Below, one piece after another: positions 1-10,068 of a DNA stretch of 64,000 nt. The stretch spans positions 736,001 to 800,000 of the forward strand of contig CBDCFN010000016.1 of the NCBI GenBank assembly GCA_965216315.1, read 5' to 3'. The notes under the pieces are model-generated. The model ran no database searches. It was not told the origin of the DNA and saw nothing but the letters and a program-made list of their open reading frames with translations. A program made the position numbers and the translations under genes. Origin of the DNA: a bacterium. Its GTDB lineage: Bacteria; UBA10199; 2-02-FULL-50-16; JAJFLM01. Numbering within the stretch: the stretch's first letter is position 1; every line of letters begins with the position of its first letter.

Positions 1-44
1 ATGGATTATCTTATCGGGTCATTGCCGAGACGCCGGAATCATTT

Positions 45-2360
45 ATGACGACCGCGACCTTGCCGAAGGAGAAAAATGCGAATCGCTTCGATCGGATTGC
101 CACGGATGATCTTATACGTGTCGAGGTCCAGGCGAGTAACGAAGCGGCTATTGAAACGTTTAAACAAAATCTGACTGAGGCGGGGATATCCTATTCTGAA
201 CTGACGATAGGTGATCAGGGAGCTCTGCTCTTATCATTTCAAGGTAAAGAGAAGGGCGAGATGGTCAACTTGGAGGTAATGTTCGTCGAATCTTTATCGA
301 TTGACCATATCGCTGATCCCGTCGTTTATCGTGATATGCTGGTTGATGCCTTAGCTGATCAGAACATCTTTTCAACTTTTGACCTGACGGCACCATTGTC
401 CAAAAGTGAGGCCCGGACACTGGCCCACTTTTTGGTCAAAGAACATGGCATCACGACGGAACAGTTGCATCGACTGGCCGGGGATGAGTGGGTACAGCTT
501 GCACGCGAAGATCTTGGCACCTCAGGCTCCAGCCATCAGGCAGGCGGGAATGAAACTTTGGCGACTGAGTCAGTCATTGTCGGGGCGGAAGTGCTCGTCA
601 ATCAAGGAAATTTCCATGAAGCGTCAACGGTTGAGTTGAGCGGTCAAAAGGTCTTTGTCGCGGAAGCCTTGAGTCCTGAGCTTCGGCCTACGACCGAAGT
701 GACGGTAAACGTCTTTGGGCAAGTGTCTCTGTTTACTCCGCGCCCTCTGGTAGAGTATTTACCACTTCGTATCGTCGAAGATCCAATGACGGTTTTCACT
801 CGCAATGTCGAATCGGCGGAATCTCTTGTGGCTTTAAGAGAGGTAATCGCCACCTCGCCTATCGAGCAGATTGGAAATTTATCGAGAGAGAGACTGGTTT
901 TAAAGCTTGATCGGGTGATTGCCGGTGAAGATCTGTCATTGCTGAAGCTTCCAGTCGAAGGGGGGGTGCTTCAGGCGGTGCGCTCGCTATATGAGCAGAA
1001 TCTTTATTCCGGCTACACTGGATATGAATCCTCGCAGAATTGGGTCGTACCTTCGGAAGCGGTAGCCACCCGTTTGGCGGAAACAGCGCAACGAACCAAC
1101 GGAAGTACGATTGATCCTATTGCCTTGTACGAGCAAATTGGCACGCTTAGAACGAAATTAATAGAGCGCTTGAGCAGTGATGAAATGATTGATGCGGTAT
1201 CGGATTACTACACCCGTGATGAATTTCTCGCCATCATTCACCAGGTCGTGGATCAGGGTCGTCCCTTGGCTCTGTTGACGCGTACTGGTGATGCGCGACG
1301 TCTCGTGAAAGAATATCAGAATGAAATTTTAAATATCACCGCCTTTGAGCTGTTTCCCATGGAAATGCAGTTGAGCAATGATCGTGTCATTAACTTTTTT
1401 TCAGGTGAACGGGTTTCATCAGCCGAAGCGGCGTATCGGATGGCCTTGGATTTGCTGTATCTCAATGCGGGTTCCAAGAGCCTGAGCATGCCAACGACCC
1501 GTGATGTTCAAGCGTTGACGACCCTGCTGCAAACTCACATTGATCCAACGCTTGAGGCCGGTGACTACGCGGCCTGTCAGCAGGCGTTAAGAACCGCTAT
1601 GGAATCTCAAGACCCGAAAGTGTGGACACTTTTTGGGGAGGCCAGTGCCAGTGAGCGGGCTTTGCTGCAGGAAGCTTATTTCGGGGCATTTACACGCCGC
1701 GAAGTCGATTTTGAGGCGGCGATTTTTATTCAGCGCGTCTTTGGTGAAGTGGGGATGTTTCGCGAAGTCGGCATGGTGCTGGTTGAAGGAGCTGACGGCC
1801 TGAAGGTAGAACTTGTCTTTGGTCGCATGAATAGCGTCTCGGACATCTCAGGGCGGGAAGCGCTGATGCTCCATACTCATCCAATAAAGTTTCTAGAGCA
1901 TGATGGCATTGACTGGGCGGCACATGAGCCTGATGGCGAACTCGGGATGGGAACCGTTGTACTCGAATCGAATCGTCAGGATGCGTCTAATTATAACGCG
2001 ATTTTTTCAGAGAGTGACATGTCTGCTTTCATGGAGCTCGGACCCACTTACCTGCGGAATATTGATACAAGCGTTTCAACACCGCTTTGGGATGCGAGCA
2101 CACGCAGTTACTACAATTGGGTGCTGAGTCCGCGAGGGGGCTCGGAGATTCAGATTCGTTTTAACGAGCAGCTCCAAGCCGAGAATGTTATTATCCGCTA
2201 TTCTCCGGACGATCCCTCTTCATTTGATTATGTCATGCGCATTCAGACGCTGACGGAGTATGCTGCGAAGGAATTCCCCGGGCTCCCGATCCAATTTGAG
2301 CCGATTTCTCACCAGGTCTTGACCTCACGCATTGGTCACTGGGAACGGCCGCTGCAGTAA
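45..2360 (+). CDS. Large orphan protein with candidate C-terminal JAB/MPN-like metalloenzyme motif
   Basis: 771 aa ORF; motifs REVGMVL...MLHTHP...IFSESD resemble E...HxH...SxxD; no signal peptide. Confidence 0.6.
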   Translation: MTTATLPKEKNANRFDRIATDDLIRVEVQASNEAAIETFKQNLTEAGISYSELTIGDQGALLLSFQGKEKGEMVNLEVMFVESLSIDHIADPVVYRDMLVDALADQNIFSTFDLTAPLSKSEARTLAHFLVKEHGITTEQLHRLAGDEWVQLAREDLGTSGSSHQAGGNETLATESVIVGAEVLVNQGNFHEASTVELSGQKVFVAEALSPELRPTTEVTVNVFGQVSLFTPRPLVEYLPLRIVEDPMTVFTRNVESAESLVALREVIATSPIEQIGNLSRERLVLKLDRVIAGEDLSLLKLPVEGGVLQAVRSLYEQNLYSGYTGYESSQNWVVPSEAVATRLAETAQRTNGSTIDPIALYEQIGTLRTKLIERLSSDEMIDAVSDYYTRDEFLAIIHQVVDQGRPLALLTRTGDARRLVKEYQNEILNITAFELFPMEMQLSNDRVINFFSGERVSSAEAAYRMALDLLYLNAGSKSLSMPTTRDVQALTTLLQTHIDPTLEAGDYAACQQALRTAMESQDPKVWTLFGEASASERALLQEAYFGAFTRREVDFEAAIFIQRVFGEVGMFREVGMVLVEGADGLKVELVFGRMNSVSDISGREALMLHTHPIKFLEHDGIDWAAHEPDGELGMGTVVLESNRQDASNYNAIFSESDMSAFMELGPTYLRNIDTSVSTPLWDASTRSYYNWVLSPRGGSEIQIRFNEQLQAENVIIRYSPDDPSSFDYVMRIQTLTEYAAKEFPGLPIQFEPISHQVLTSRIGHWERPLQ

Positions 2361-2381
2361 GCGGACTCGCAAGTATTCGTC

Positions 2382-2409
2382 AAAACTTTCTCGTCAAATG
2401 AACCGATAA
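2382..2409 (+). promoter_or_regulatory. Possible sigma28-like promoter (variant spacing)
   Basis: AAAAC-N16-CCGATAA; spacer is one base longer than in the six other copies. Confidence 0.4.
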
Positions 2410-2471
2410 GATTGTCAGGTGCGGTCCATTAAAAAGACCTGAAATTTAGCAAACGATCCTGGAGGTGCGTA

Positions 2472-3308
2472 GTGGGTGACTTGAACCGGATTCGTATCGG
2501 TATCAGTGCGGATAGTCTCGTTGTATCTGGAGATGAGCAGACCGATATGGGGGGTGCCGTCGGTGCCAATCTGCAATTCGAAGTCGACGACGTGTTGATT
2601 GATATGACGGTCGCAGCGGAACTCTTAATGCCGCTGGCGGGTGGAAGTGGGACTTCCAATCTATCCTTTCATTTGGCCTTGTTGGGTGAGGTTGATCCCG
2701 ACATTTGGATTGGAGGTCAATCGGGCGTTACGTTTGATATGGAAGGTCTGGAGGATCTCGATGTCATTCCCACCGGCGAGATGGGGGCCCTCATGCTGGC
2801 CAATGTTGCGGATAACGTGGCGCTCAGTGTTTACGCGGGAGTTGCGACGAGTGATTTTCAGGAGGTGTCGTTTAAAGGCGCGGCCGGCATTCGTTTGTCG
2901 TGGGACCTTTATGATTCGAGTGACTTGCCCGTCGGTGCTGTAGCCGACCCCAATGAGCCGCGAGCGGAGCCGGCCAAGATTATCGGCTTTGATCTCATCG
3001 AGCCCGATCAGACGAACATGTTCGTGCTCGATCCGTTGACGCTGCAGATTGAAACGAGTGGTCCGGCCGACGTGGAAATCTACATCATCGATGATAATGG
3101 CGATCGCGTTTATGATCTCGGGACGCACAAAATCGATGGGGTGGAGGAACTCTCCTTTTTGCGGGGCAAGTTTTCTTTGTCACGGCGAGACCGAGAACTC
3201 AAAGGTGACGGCTATCGCGTCGTCGTTCGTGTCAAGGATGGGGATGGCCTGCAGTATGGGACTCAGCCGATTCGGATCTATAAGACCTATCGCAATAGAA
3301 GGCCTTAA
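2472..3308 (+). CDS. Hypothetical protein; beta-strand-rich N-half (barrel-like) and Ig-like C-half
   Basis: 278 aa ORF, GTG start with GGAGG RBS; alternating hydrophobic strands ending AGIRLSW. Confidence 0.6.
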   Translation: MGDLNRIRIGISADSLVVSGDEQTDMGGAVGANLQFEVDDVLIDMTVAAELLMPLAGGSGTSNLSFHLALLGEVDPDIWIGGQSGVTFDMEGLEDLDVIPTGEMGALMLANVADNVALSVYAGVATSDFQEVSFKGAAGIRLSWDLYDSSDLPVGAVADPNEPRAEPAKIIGFDLIEPDQTNMFVLDPLTLQIETSGPADVEIYIIDDNGDRVYDLGTHKIDGVEELSFLRGKFSLSRRDRELKGDGYRVVVRVKDGDGLQYGTQPIRIYKTYRNRRP

Positions 3309-3340
3309 TCGTTGTTGGATGGATTTCTTAGGTAAACGAT

Positions 3341-4597
3341 TTACCGGTATCTATGGATGGTTTTAGGTTTAATGACCTTCCTCGGCAGTTCTTTTAACGT
3401 GCCATAGGGGCGATGATCGCAGGTGACCCGCCGGATGACGTGATTGGCGGTATCGGCAATGTAGAGAGTTCCATCACCGGCGACCGCAACATCGCTCGGT
3501 CCATTTAACGTCGCTAAACTCGAGTAACCACCATCTCCCGAATAGCCTGGCTCGCCGGTGCCGGCAAGTGGACACATTTCGCTGCCATCTCGCTGGACCA
3601 CGAAAATTCGATTATTCTTGTAATCGGCAATATAAACGACTCCTCCGGTGTCGATCGCAATGCCTATAGGATAGTGCAATCGTTCATGTGTCGCCGGACC
3701 CCCATACGCCGAGGAACCTCGCACGCTGCCGGCGAAGATACTGGCAATGCCAGCTGTGCTGACCCTGTGGATCAAGCCATTATCAGCGCTGGCGATGAAG
3801 ACATTTCCCTCCCTATCAACGGCTACATCATTCCAACTGCTTGCTAGCCCCGTTGTGCCAGCTACTGTGCTCATGTAACCGTTATTGTTGACCTTCCGAA
3901 TTCCCCTCTCAGCCATAAAGAGTGTCCCACCATCATTGATGGCTAGACCATCTGCGCCGTACAAAGGGACCTCTGTAGCCGGGCCATCAGTTGACGGCAG
4001 GGTTGAAACGCTAGGTTTGCCGGCAAAAGTACTTGCGATGCCCTCCGTGTCGACCTTAATAATTCTGCATTCACGGCTTTCCGCGTAATGACAGTTATCA
4101 GTGAAGTAAATATTACCGGCTCCATCGACCGTTACGGCCGTAGGATTAACCACGCGTGTCTCCGTGGCTTGAAGCCCATTCTGCCCATAGGAATCTAGCC
4201 TGGGATTGCCGGCCACGGTGGAAATAGTGCCAGCCAAGTCGACCTTTCGAACGCGTTTATTTCCAGAGTCAGCGATATATAGTTCTCCGGCAGGGCCGAT
4301 GCCCACGCCGCTAGGTACGTATAATTGGGCCTGGATTGCTGGCACTCCGTCTCTGAAAAAGCCGGGCTCACCGCTACCTGCAACCGTACTGATCCGGCAA
4401 CCCCACTGTTCGACGAGTGCTTGGCACTTGGGCGTGATGAATCGCTTATCGATTGAAAGACTCGTCTCAATCTTTGAGTCAGGTGCGTAGAATTTTTCTG
4501 CAGCTGAGACAGGAGTGAGGAAGGTATTGCCTGTAGAGAGAGCTAATAAAAGAACAAAAAGGAGAATAAGCGACTTCCGTTTGCCGTCAATGCTCAT
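3341..4597 (-). CDS. Secreted NHL-repeat (beta-propeller) protein
   Basis: Repeated P-x-G-(V/I)-A-x-D-x-x-G-x-(L/V)YIAD and ISTVAG motifs; signal peptide after the ATG at 4597 (start reassigned from ORF track). Confidence 0.85.
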   Translation of the reverse strand: MSIDGKRKSLILLFVLLLALSTGNTFLTPVSAAEKFYAPDSKIETSLSIDKRFITPKCQALVEQWGCRISTVAGSGEPGFFRDGVPAIQAQLYVPSGVGIGPAGELYIADSGNKRVRKVDLAGTISTVAGNPRLDSYGQNGLQATETRVVNPTAVTVDGAGNIYFTDNCHYAESRECRIIKVDTEGIASTFAGKPSVSTLPSTDGPATEVPLYGADGLAINDGGTLFMAERGIRKVNNNGYMSTVAGTTGLASSWNDVAVDREGNVFIASADNGLIHRVSTAGIASIFAGSVRGSSAYGGPATHERLHYPIGIAIDTGGVVYIADYKNNRIFVVQRDGSEMCPLAGTGEPGYSGDGGYSSLATLNGPSDVAVAGDGTLYIADTANHVIRRVTCDHRPYGTLKELPRKVIKPKTIHRYR

Positions 4598-4694
4598 AGT
4601 TGAATGATAACTTAAGGCAGGGCTAAACTGTAGCAATAATAGACCTACCGAAAATTCCTTTGCATTTCAGTCGCTTAAACCATTATTATTTAAC

Positions 4695-4721
4695 GCAACC
4701 CTCCCGCATAGGGATCGATAA
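4695..4721 (+). promoter_or_regulatory. Sigma28-like promoter motif
   Basis: GCAAC-N15-TCGATAA, 35 nt before ATG 4757. Confidence 0.65.
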
Positions 4722-4756
4722 GGGGGGCGTGTTGAGGTGAGAGGGAGCCCTCTATT

Positions 4757-7700
4757 ATGCCTGCTACGCCCGTGCGTCGATTGACCATTGCGCATCCGGA
4801 CCTTTCGAGTTCGGTGAGCGTTTCCTTGCCCTGGGATTCCTTCCCGGCGGCCATGCAGAATGAACTCGATGCCCTAGATGTCGATGATGATGGTGCAATA
4901 ACTTATACGCCGCGCGTTGGCGGAAATACCTCCTCGTTGTCAGTCGAAAGCCACCATGCCAATCGGACATCAGAGCGCTTGCAGCGGGTGCTGTGGGGTT
5001 ACGCCTGGTCCTATCCGAGTAATCGCTACGTTCAAGATGATGCGCGTCTGCCGGATCGCATGACGAATATCCAAACAGTTCAGCAGCGCCTTTATAATGA
5101 TGTCGTGCTCGCACTCTTGGGGAATGGGAATGATTTAACGAAGTGGGAGCCGGCGCAACGCGTGCTGGAGATGAGTGGGGACTATACACATCTCTATCGC
5201 CTCGCTGAACAGGCCATTGGTAAATATAATCGGGGTCGCAACATCGAATATTTACGCCGTGCGGAGAGTCTCTTGCTCGCGGCGCGGCGTTATGCGGCTC
5301 GGGTGCGGAGTGGTCGGCGCAACACGGCGGCCAATAGCGTCGACCTCGCCGATATCGACCAATCACTCGGGCGGATTACGGGACCACTGGATCGTTATGA
5401 AACGGCGGCCTTTCGTCGTGATGTTCAGCGCCCCTATCTGATGGCAACGATGGGATCACCGATGACCGCTAATGTCAGTGGCGGCGAAGTCTACTACGCG
5501 GTGGCCGTGCCTCAATCTTTTATCGATGCGAACAGTGGCGATGTTGAAACAGCGATCAAAAACTATTTTAATAATACCGAGCAAGTCTCCATCCGTGCGT
5601 CACGTTTTCAGGATAGTTCAGGGAGTCAAGCGCATCGACTCAGTGCCATTCGCGTGGAGCGGGATGCTCCGGGTCCGCATGATGATCGCATCAATTCGCA
5701 ATCGTCATTCCATCTGTATCAGCCGCGTCTTAACCGTACGGTGTTTCGCGGTCACGATGTCGTCTACTATCGTGTTGGTTTTCAACTGGCCGATAAGTCA
5801 GAGGCCCTCGATGGACAACATATCCGCCGCTTTGATCTCGAACTGCAACACGATGGAAATACCCGACGGATTCCAGGGGGCTTTGTGCTGCAAAACATGG
5901 CCGGGCGCAGCAGTCACGATGTCTTTGCGTCCGACCTCCATGTCAATGACCGAGATTACACGGTTGTTCGCGATATGATGCGAAACATCAATCTGACGGT
6001 TGCGCGCTGGAACGCTCAAGGGCTGACGCACACAAGAAAATATCGCGAGCTCTTAACGGCTGCCGCGCAAGTTGAGCGCTTTTACGAGCCGATTAACGAG
6101 CAAATTGAGGCTGCGGTGGATGAATGGAACGCGGCCTATCGCAGTGGCGAAATTCATCACGTCTTTTTACTGGGGGACTTGGCAGACTTTGTGAATGTCG
6201 CCGTGACACTCGATCGAGTCGGTTATCGAAGCAGCAATATCCGCACCCTCAAGGCGATATTGTCACGCTTGGAGGCGCCGCTCTATGTCGTCTCCGGCAA
6301 TCATGATCACCATGGGGCGCCGTTCCCTTACAGCTTGCATCGGCGCAATTTTGTTTTCAACGGTCACCTTCAAGATCTCTATGAAGATCATTACGATGAC
6401 CAGCACTTTGAAGGGCTTTTATATTTACGGGGCGTCGAGGCCCTTTTCCCCGGCACCAATGGTGCGGGTGGCAGCCTTATTCAGATTTTGCGGCGGCTGA
6501 CGGCTTCCGATCCGTTTGGCGTGGCGAATGATGACAATATGGGACATCACCTCCGCGAGTTGGGAATGTATGAAACCTATGCGAGTAGTCTTGGTAATGG
6601 CTTTCGCGTCTTCTTATGGCCCACCGAATCCGAACACTTTAATTATTCACGTTTCTTACTCGAAGAAGTGCATGAACCGGTCGGCCCTAACATGTTGCGT
6701 GCGGTGAAGACTTATGTCGGCGATCAACACCCGAGTGGGAAGGGGCCGCGCCCGGAGAATTTCATTTCTTTTATTCGTGAATTAGAGGCGGCGAAGCGCG
6801 CCGGTGAGCGCATGATTTTAGGTGGGCACTATCCGCCGTTTTCGGTGGGAATGGGTCCGGATCAGACGCCTGACTCCGCGGACGCGATGCGAGGCGATGC
6901 GACCTGGGCGATCCGGATGGCGTCTTGGTATTATCGCATGCCGGGCGGACATCCCGTGCTGGCGTTAGCGATGTCAGGGCATGTGCATCGTTACGAAGAA
7001 TCAGATTTTACCTTCGACTTCGGTAAGCTTGTCGATCACGCCCACGCGGGCGAAGACTTAAGCGACACGCGGCGCGCGGAATTAATTCGAAACACCGAGT
7101 CAGAATTTAGGCGGCGCCTCGGAGCGATATTCCGGAGTCGCAATACGAATACGATTTTTGATCAACTGCATACTTTGCGCCATGAATTTCACTTAGATGA
7201 TATCAGTCGCATTCGTCGCGTGTACGAACCAGGTTCGGATGGTGTTCCCGGTCCTATTGTCGGCCGTTTGAATGCCGCATGTTTGGCTTATGGGCGGGAA
7301 AATGGAACGGCTTTTGTTAATATCCCGTCTATCGGGGTCCCGGCCGATAGCCGCACGGGGTATACCGTCGTGACGACACACCCGGATAGCACCGTTGATG
7401 TGAATACGCGCTTTATGCGGGTGCGTTACGACAATCGTATTGTGTCGGCGGATGGAAGACGCTTGGAAAACTATCGACGTACCTGGTGGCGCGAATCACG
7501 TGACTGGGATCCGACGCGTTCAGTTGGAACTATCCCCGCGCGCACCCGGCGTACGCGTTATCAAGTCTATGGTCCGCATACGGTTAACGAAGACAGTCGG
7601 TGGGACCTTTTTCCCTTAGTGTACCAATACCCGCGTCGTAAAATCGGTCTCGCCTTGGATGCCGGGATGAGTTGGAATTTCCGCAACGGCGAAGTCGGTG

Positions 7701-8119
7701 CTTTACTCGGGGGGCAGCTCCTTTTTCCGCTGTCGCATCATGCCAATGCGACCTTGGGTGGACCTAATTATATTACGATTGGAGGCTATTGGAATAGCGC
7801 GACGGATGACCTGATGGTCAATGCCGGGATTAACTTCGGACTGATTACGCCGCTCTTTTTTGTCGATGAAGCGACCAGTGGCAATCCTTTTTTTGGAGGA
7901 GAGGCACGCTTTACCAGCGTATTGCCATTGCCGCCGCAAATAGGGATTTGGGGTGGTTCCGATATTCAAGGTAATTGGGGCGTTGGTCTCAACCTTATCT
8001 TTTCCATTCCTTCGCTCACTTATCGATTGGGAGATGGTCACAGCCACAGCTATACGCAAGGTAGTCTCTCACCGACGAGTCAGGCGATCCCATCTGGTCA
8101 TCCGATGGGATGCTTCTAG
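4757..8119 (+). CDS. Large protein with calcineurin-like metallophosphoesterase domain and C-terminal beta-barrel-like region
   Basis: Motifs SDLH, GDLAD, GNHD, GHYP, SGHVH in order; C-terminal amphipathic beta strands. Confidence 0.75.
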   Translation: MPATPVRRLTIAHPDLSSSVSVSLPWDSFPAAMQNELDALDVDDDGAITYTPRVGGNTSSLSVESHHANRTSERLQRVLWGYAWSYPSNRYVQDDARLPDRMTNIQTVQQRLYNDVVLALLGNGNDLTKWEPAQRVLEMSGDYTHLYRLAEQAIGKYNRGRNIEYLRRAESLLLAARRYAARVRSGRRNTAANSVDLADIDQSLGRITGPLDRYETAAFRRDVQRPYLMATMGSPMTANVSGGEVYYAVAVPQSFIDANSGDVETAIKNYFNNTEQVSIRASRFQDSSGSQAHRLSAIRVERDAPGPHDDRINSQSSFHLYQPRLNRTVFRGHDVVYYRVGFQLADKSEALDGQHIRRFDLELQHDGNTRRIPGGFVLQNMAGRSSHDVFASDLHVNDRDYTVVRDMMRNINLTVARWNAQGLTHTRKYRELLTAAAQVERFYEPINEQIEAAVDEWNAAYRSGEIHHVFLLGDLADFVNVAVTLDRVGYRSSNIRTLKAILSRLEAPLYVVSGNHDHHGAPFPYSLHRRNFVFNGHLQDLYEDHYDDQHFEGLLYLRGVEALFPGTNGAGGSLIQILRRLTASDPFGVANDDNMGHHLRELGMYETYASSLGNGFRVFLWPTESEHFNYSRFLLEEVHEPVGPNMLRAVKTYVGDQHPSGKGPRPENFISFIRELEAAKRAGERMILGGHYPPFSVGMGPDQTPDSADAMRGDATWAIRMASWYYRMPGGHPVLALAMSGHVHRYEESDFTFDFGKLVDHAHAGEDLSDTRRAELIRNTESEFRRRLGAIFRSRNTNTIFDQLHTLRHEFHLDDISRIRRVYEPGSDGVPGPIVGRLNAACLAYGRENGTAFVNIPSIGVPADSRTGYTVVTTHPDSTVDVNTRFMRVRYDNRIVSADGRRLENYRRTWWRESRDWDPTRSVGTIPARTRRTRYQVYGPHTVNEDSRWDLFPLVYQYPRRKIGLALDAGMSWNFRNGEVGALLGGQLLFPLSHHANATLGGPNYITIGGYWNSATDDLMVNAGINFGLITPLFFVDEATSGNPFFGGEARFTSVLPLPPQIGIWGGSDIQGNWGVGLNLIFSIPSLTYRLGDGHSHSYTQGSLSPTSQAIPSGHPMGCF

Positions 8120-8162
8120 TAGACTTGCCTTTCTGTACGGCATCCATTAGACGCTTCAGATA

Positions 8163-8540
8163 GTGGAACCGTTTGATTACCGCATCTTCGTTTGCATCCG
8201 GGAACGTCCGGCCGGCAAAGATTCCTGTGTAGGCAATGGTTCTTTAGAAACCGTTCGTTTGCTTAAATCAGAAATCGCCAAACGAGGTCTGCTCGCCCAA
8301 GTCAAAGTGAACACCTCGAGCTGTTTGGATCTATGTAGCGGCGGGCCTCATCTCATCGTCTATCCCGAAGGGATTTGGTATTCAGGATTGACTACAGAGC
8401 ATGTAATGCCTTTTATTGAGAGTCAGCTGCTGAGAGGCGAGGCCTATGCACCTTGCCTTCGGGACGAAGCGGAACTGGCGGGATTTTTTGAAGGGGTCAA
8501 AGCTAAGAAAACACGTGTGGCAGGAGGTGCCAACCCATGA
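8163..8540 (+). CDS. Thioredoxin-like [2Fe-2S] ferredoxin
   Basis: IFVC...SC...SSCLDLCSGGP..IVYPEGIWY. Confidence 0.9.
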   Translation: MEPFDYRIFVCIRERPAGKDSCVGNGSLETVRLLKSEIAKRGLLAQVKVNTSSCLDLCSGGPHLIVYPEGIWYSGLTTEHVMPFIESQLLRGEAYAPCLRDEAELAGFFEGVKAKKTRVAGGANP

Positions 8541-8941
8541 AACGAATTTTTCATTTAGCAATAATCTTCACCGTACTTTTTCAACTATCGGCATGCGGGG
8601 GAACCTTTGCCGACCCGACCGTTATATCCATTACCCCTGCCGATGAAGCGACGGATGTAGGGTTGAATACGCTTATCATCGTCATCTTTTCCAAAATCAT
8701 TGCCGCACCCACGGTTGATAATGAAGCATTCGTTGTAACGGCCGGGCCGGCCGGCGAAGTTGGGACCGAGGTTGCGGGGTCATTCGCGGTCAATGGGACG
8801 ACGGTGACATTTACTCCCGATGCGGAGTTGGACCCTAACACGCGCTACCAAGTTGACCTCAACAGTGACATCAAGGACCTTGATGGGAATGGTCTCGATA
8901 ATGATGTCACGACTAGTTTCACGACTGGGGACGGTACTTGA
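8537..8941 (+). CDS. Lipoprotein with bacterial Ig-like (Big_5-type) domain
   Basis: LSAC lipobox; VISITPAD.ATDV.LNT.I.V.FS, VTFTP...L.PNTRY, IKDLDGN.L. Confidence 0.8.
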   Translation: MKRIFHLAIIFTVLFQLSACGGTFADPTVISITPADEATDVGLNTLIIVIFSKIIAAPTVDNEAFVVTAGPAGEVGTEVAGSFAVNGTTVTFTPDAELDPNTRYQVDLNSDIKDLDGNGLDNDVTTSFTTGDGT

Positions 8942-9885
8942 GGCCTCAACGCATCGCGAGTATCGATATCGGAACCAATTCGGTTCTCCTCACGATTGCA
9001 GAGCAAGCAACGGACGGTTCGCTGGAAACCGTCTTAGAAGACGCGCGGATCACGCGCATTGGGGAAGGTCTCGGCAAACAACAGGTTTTTTTACCCCATG
9101 CGATGGAGCGGACGCTGCAAGTCTTGCGTGACTATGCGGATATGTGTCAGCAACATCGGGTCGATCAAATTATCGCCGTAGGAACTGCGGCCTTTCGACG
9201 GGCGCTCAACGCCAAAGACTTTGTGCGTGATGTCGAAAATGAACTGGGCTTGGGTATCGAAATTATCTCAGGGGAGCGTGAAGCCCAGCTTTCTTATGCG
9301 GCGGCCCAGCGTGATTTCGGTGATGATATCTTGGTGATTGATATTGGGGGAGGGTCCACTGAATTTATCTGGAACGATAGTGGAAGCGATGGGCGTGTAC
9401 AGGCCATATCTCTTCCTATTGGCAGCGTTGTGATCCATGAACGCTATGTACATTCTGACCCTATTAATGATGAGGACTTTGCGCAGGTCCAGACTTATAT
9501 AATGACTGAGCTCTTGAATCTCCAGGGGAGCCGCTGGGGTGGCGGTGCGGCCGCAATGAAGCAAGAGCCCCCGCAAAAACTAGTCGCCTTGGCTGGAAGT
9601 GCCACGACGCTGGCGGCGATGGACCTCCAGTTACAGACCTATTCGCACGCCCAAGTTCATGGGCATGTCCTTAAAGAGGCGACGGTTGCTGCCATTGTTG
9701 CCCAACTACGCACCGCAACCGTGGAAGAGCGCAAACAAATTGCGGGTATCGAACCCGCGCGGGCCGACGTCATCCTCGAAGGGGCTATCCTCTTGCATGA
9801 AACGATGAAGCTGTTCGGCTACGATGAGGTTCATATCAGCGATAGGGGAGTTCGGTGGGGCCTCATCTATGAGTTGTGTGCCTAA
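8938..9885 (+). CDS. ppx: Ppx/GppA family exopolyphosphatase
   Basis: IDIGTNS, ISGEREA, DIGGGSTE, RADVI, GVRWG motifs. Confidence 0.9.
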   Translation: MRPQRIASIDIGTNSVLLTIAEQATDGSLETVLEDARITRIGEGLGKQQVFLPHAMERTLQVLRDYADMCQQHRVDQIIAVGTAAFRRALNAKDFVRDVENELGLGIEIISGEREAQLSYAAAQRDFGDDILVIDIGGGSTEFIWNDSGSDGRVQAISLPIGSVVIHERYVHSDPINDEDFAQVQTYIMTELLNLQGSRWGGGAAAMKQEPPQKLVALAGSATTLAAMDLQLQTYSHAQVHGHVLKEATVAAIVAQLRTATVEERKQIAGIEPARADVILEGAILLHETMKLFGYDEVHISDRGVRWGLIYELCA

Positions 9886-9980
9886 AGTGTGAACTCGTTT
9901 CCTGAGTGAGTACTATTCAGTACACAGTACACACATTTCAGCCCTTCATTTTCAGTCAAAAATCAAAATATATTTAATAA

Positions 9981-9993
9981 TATCAGTTAGTTA
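9981..9993 (+). promoter_or_regulatory. Putative IHF site
   Basis: TATCAGTTAGTTA matches WATCAR-N4-TTR, just upstream of a sigma54 site. Confidence 0.5.
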
Positions 9994-10010
9994 CCTAATT
10001 TTGACCGTCC

Positions 10011-10026
10011 TGGCACGCCACTTGCT
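10011..10026 (+). promoter_or_regulatory. Sigma54 (-24/-12) promoter
   Basis: TGGCAC-GCCAC-TTGCT. Confidence 0.8.
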
Positions 10027-10068
10027 CTACTAGGGGGTTCATCGGTCACAAAACATAGGAGTCAGGTC

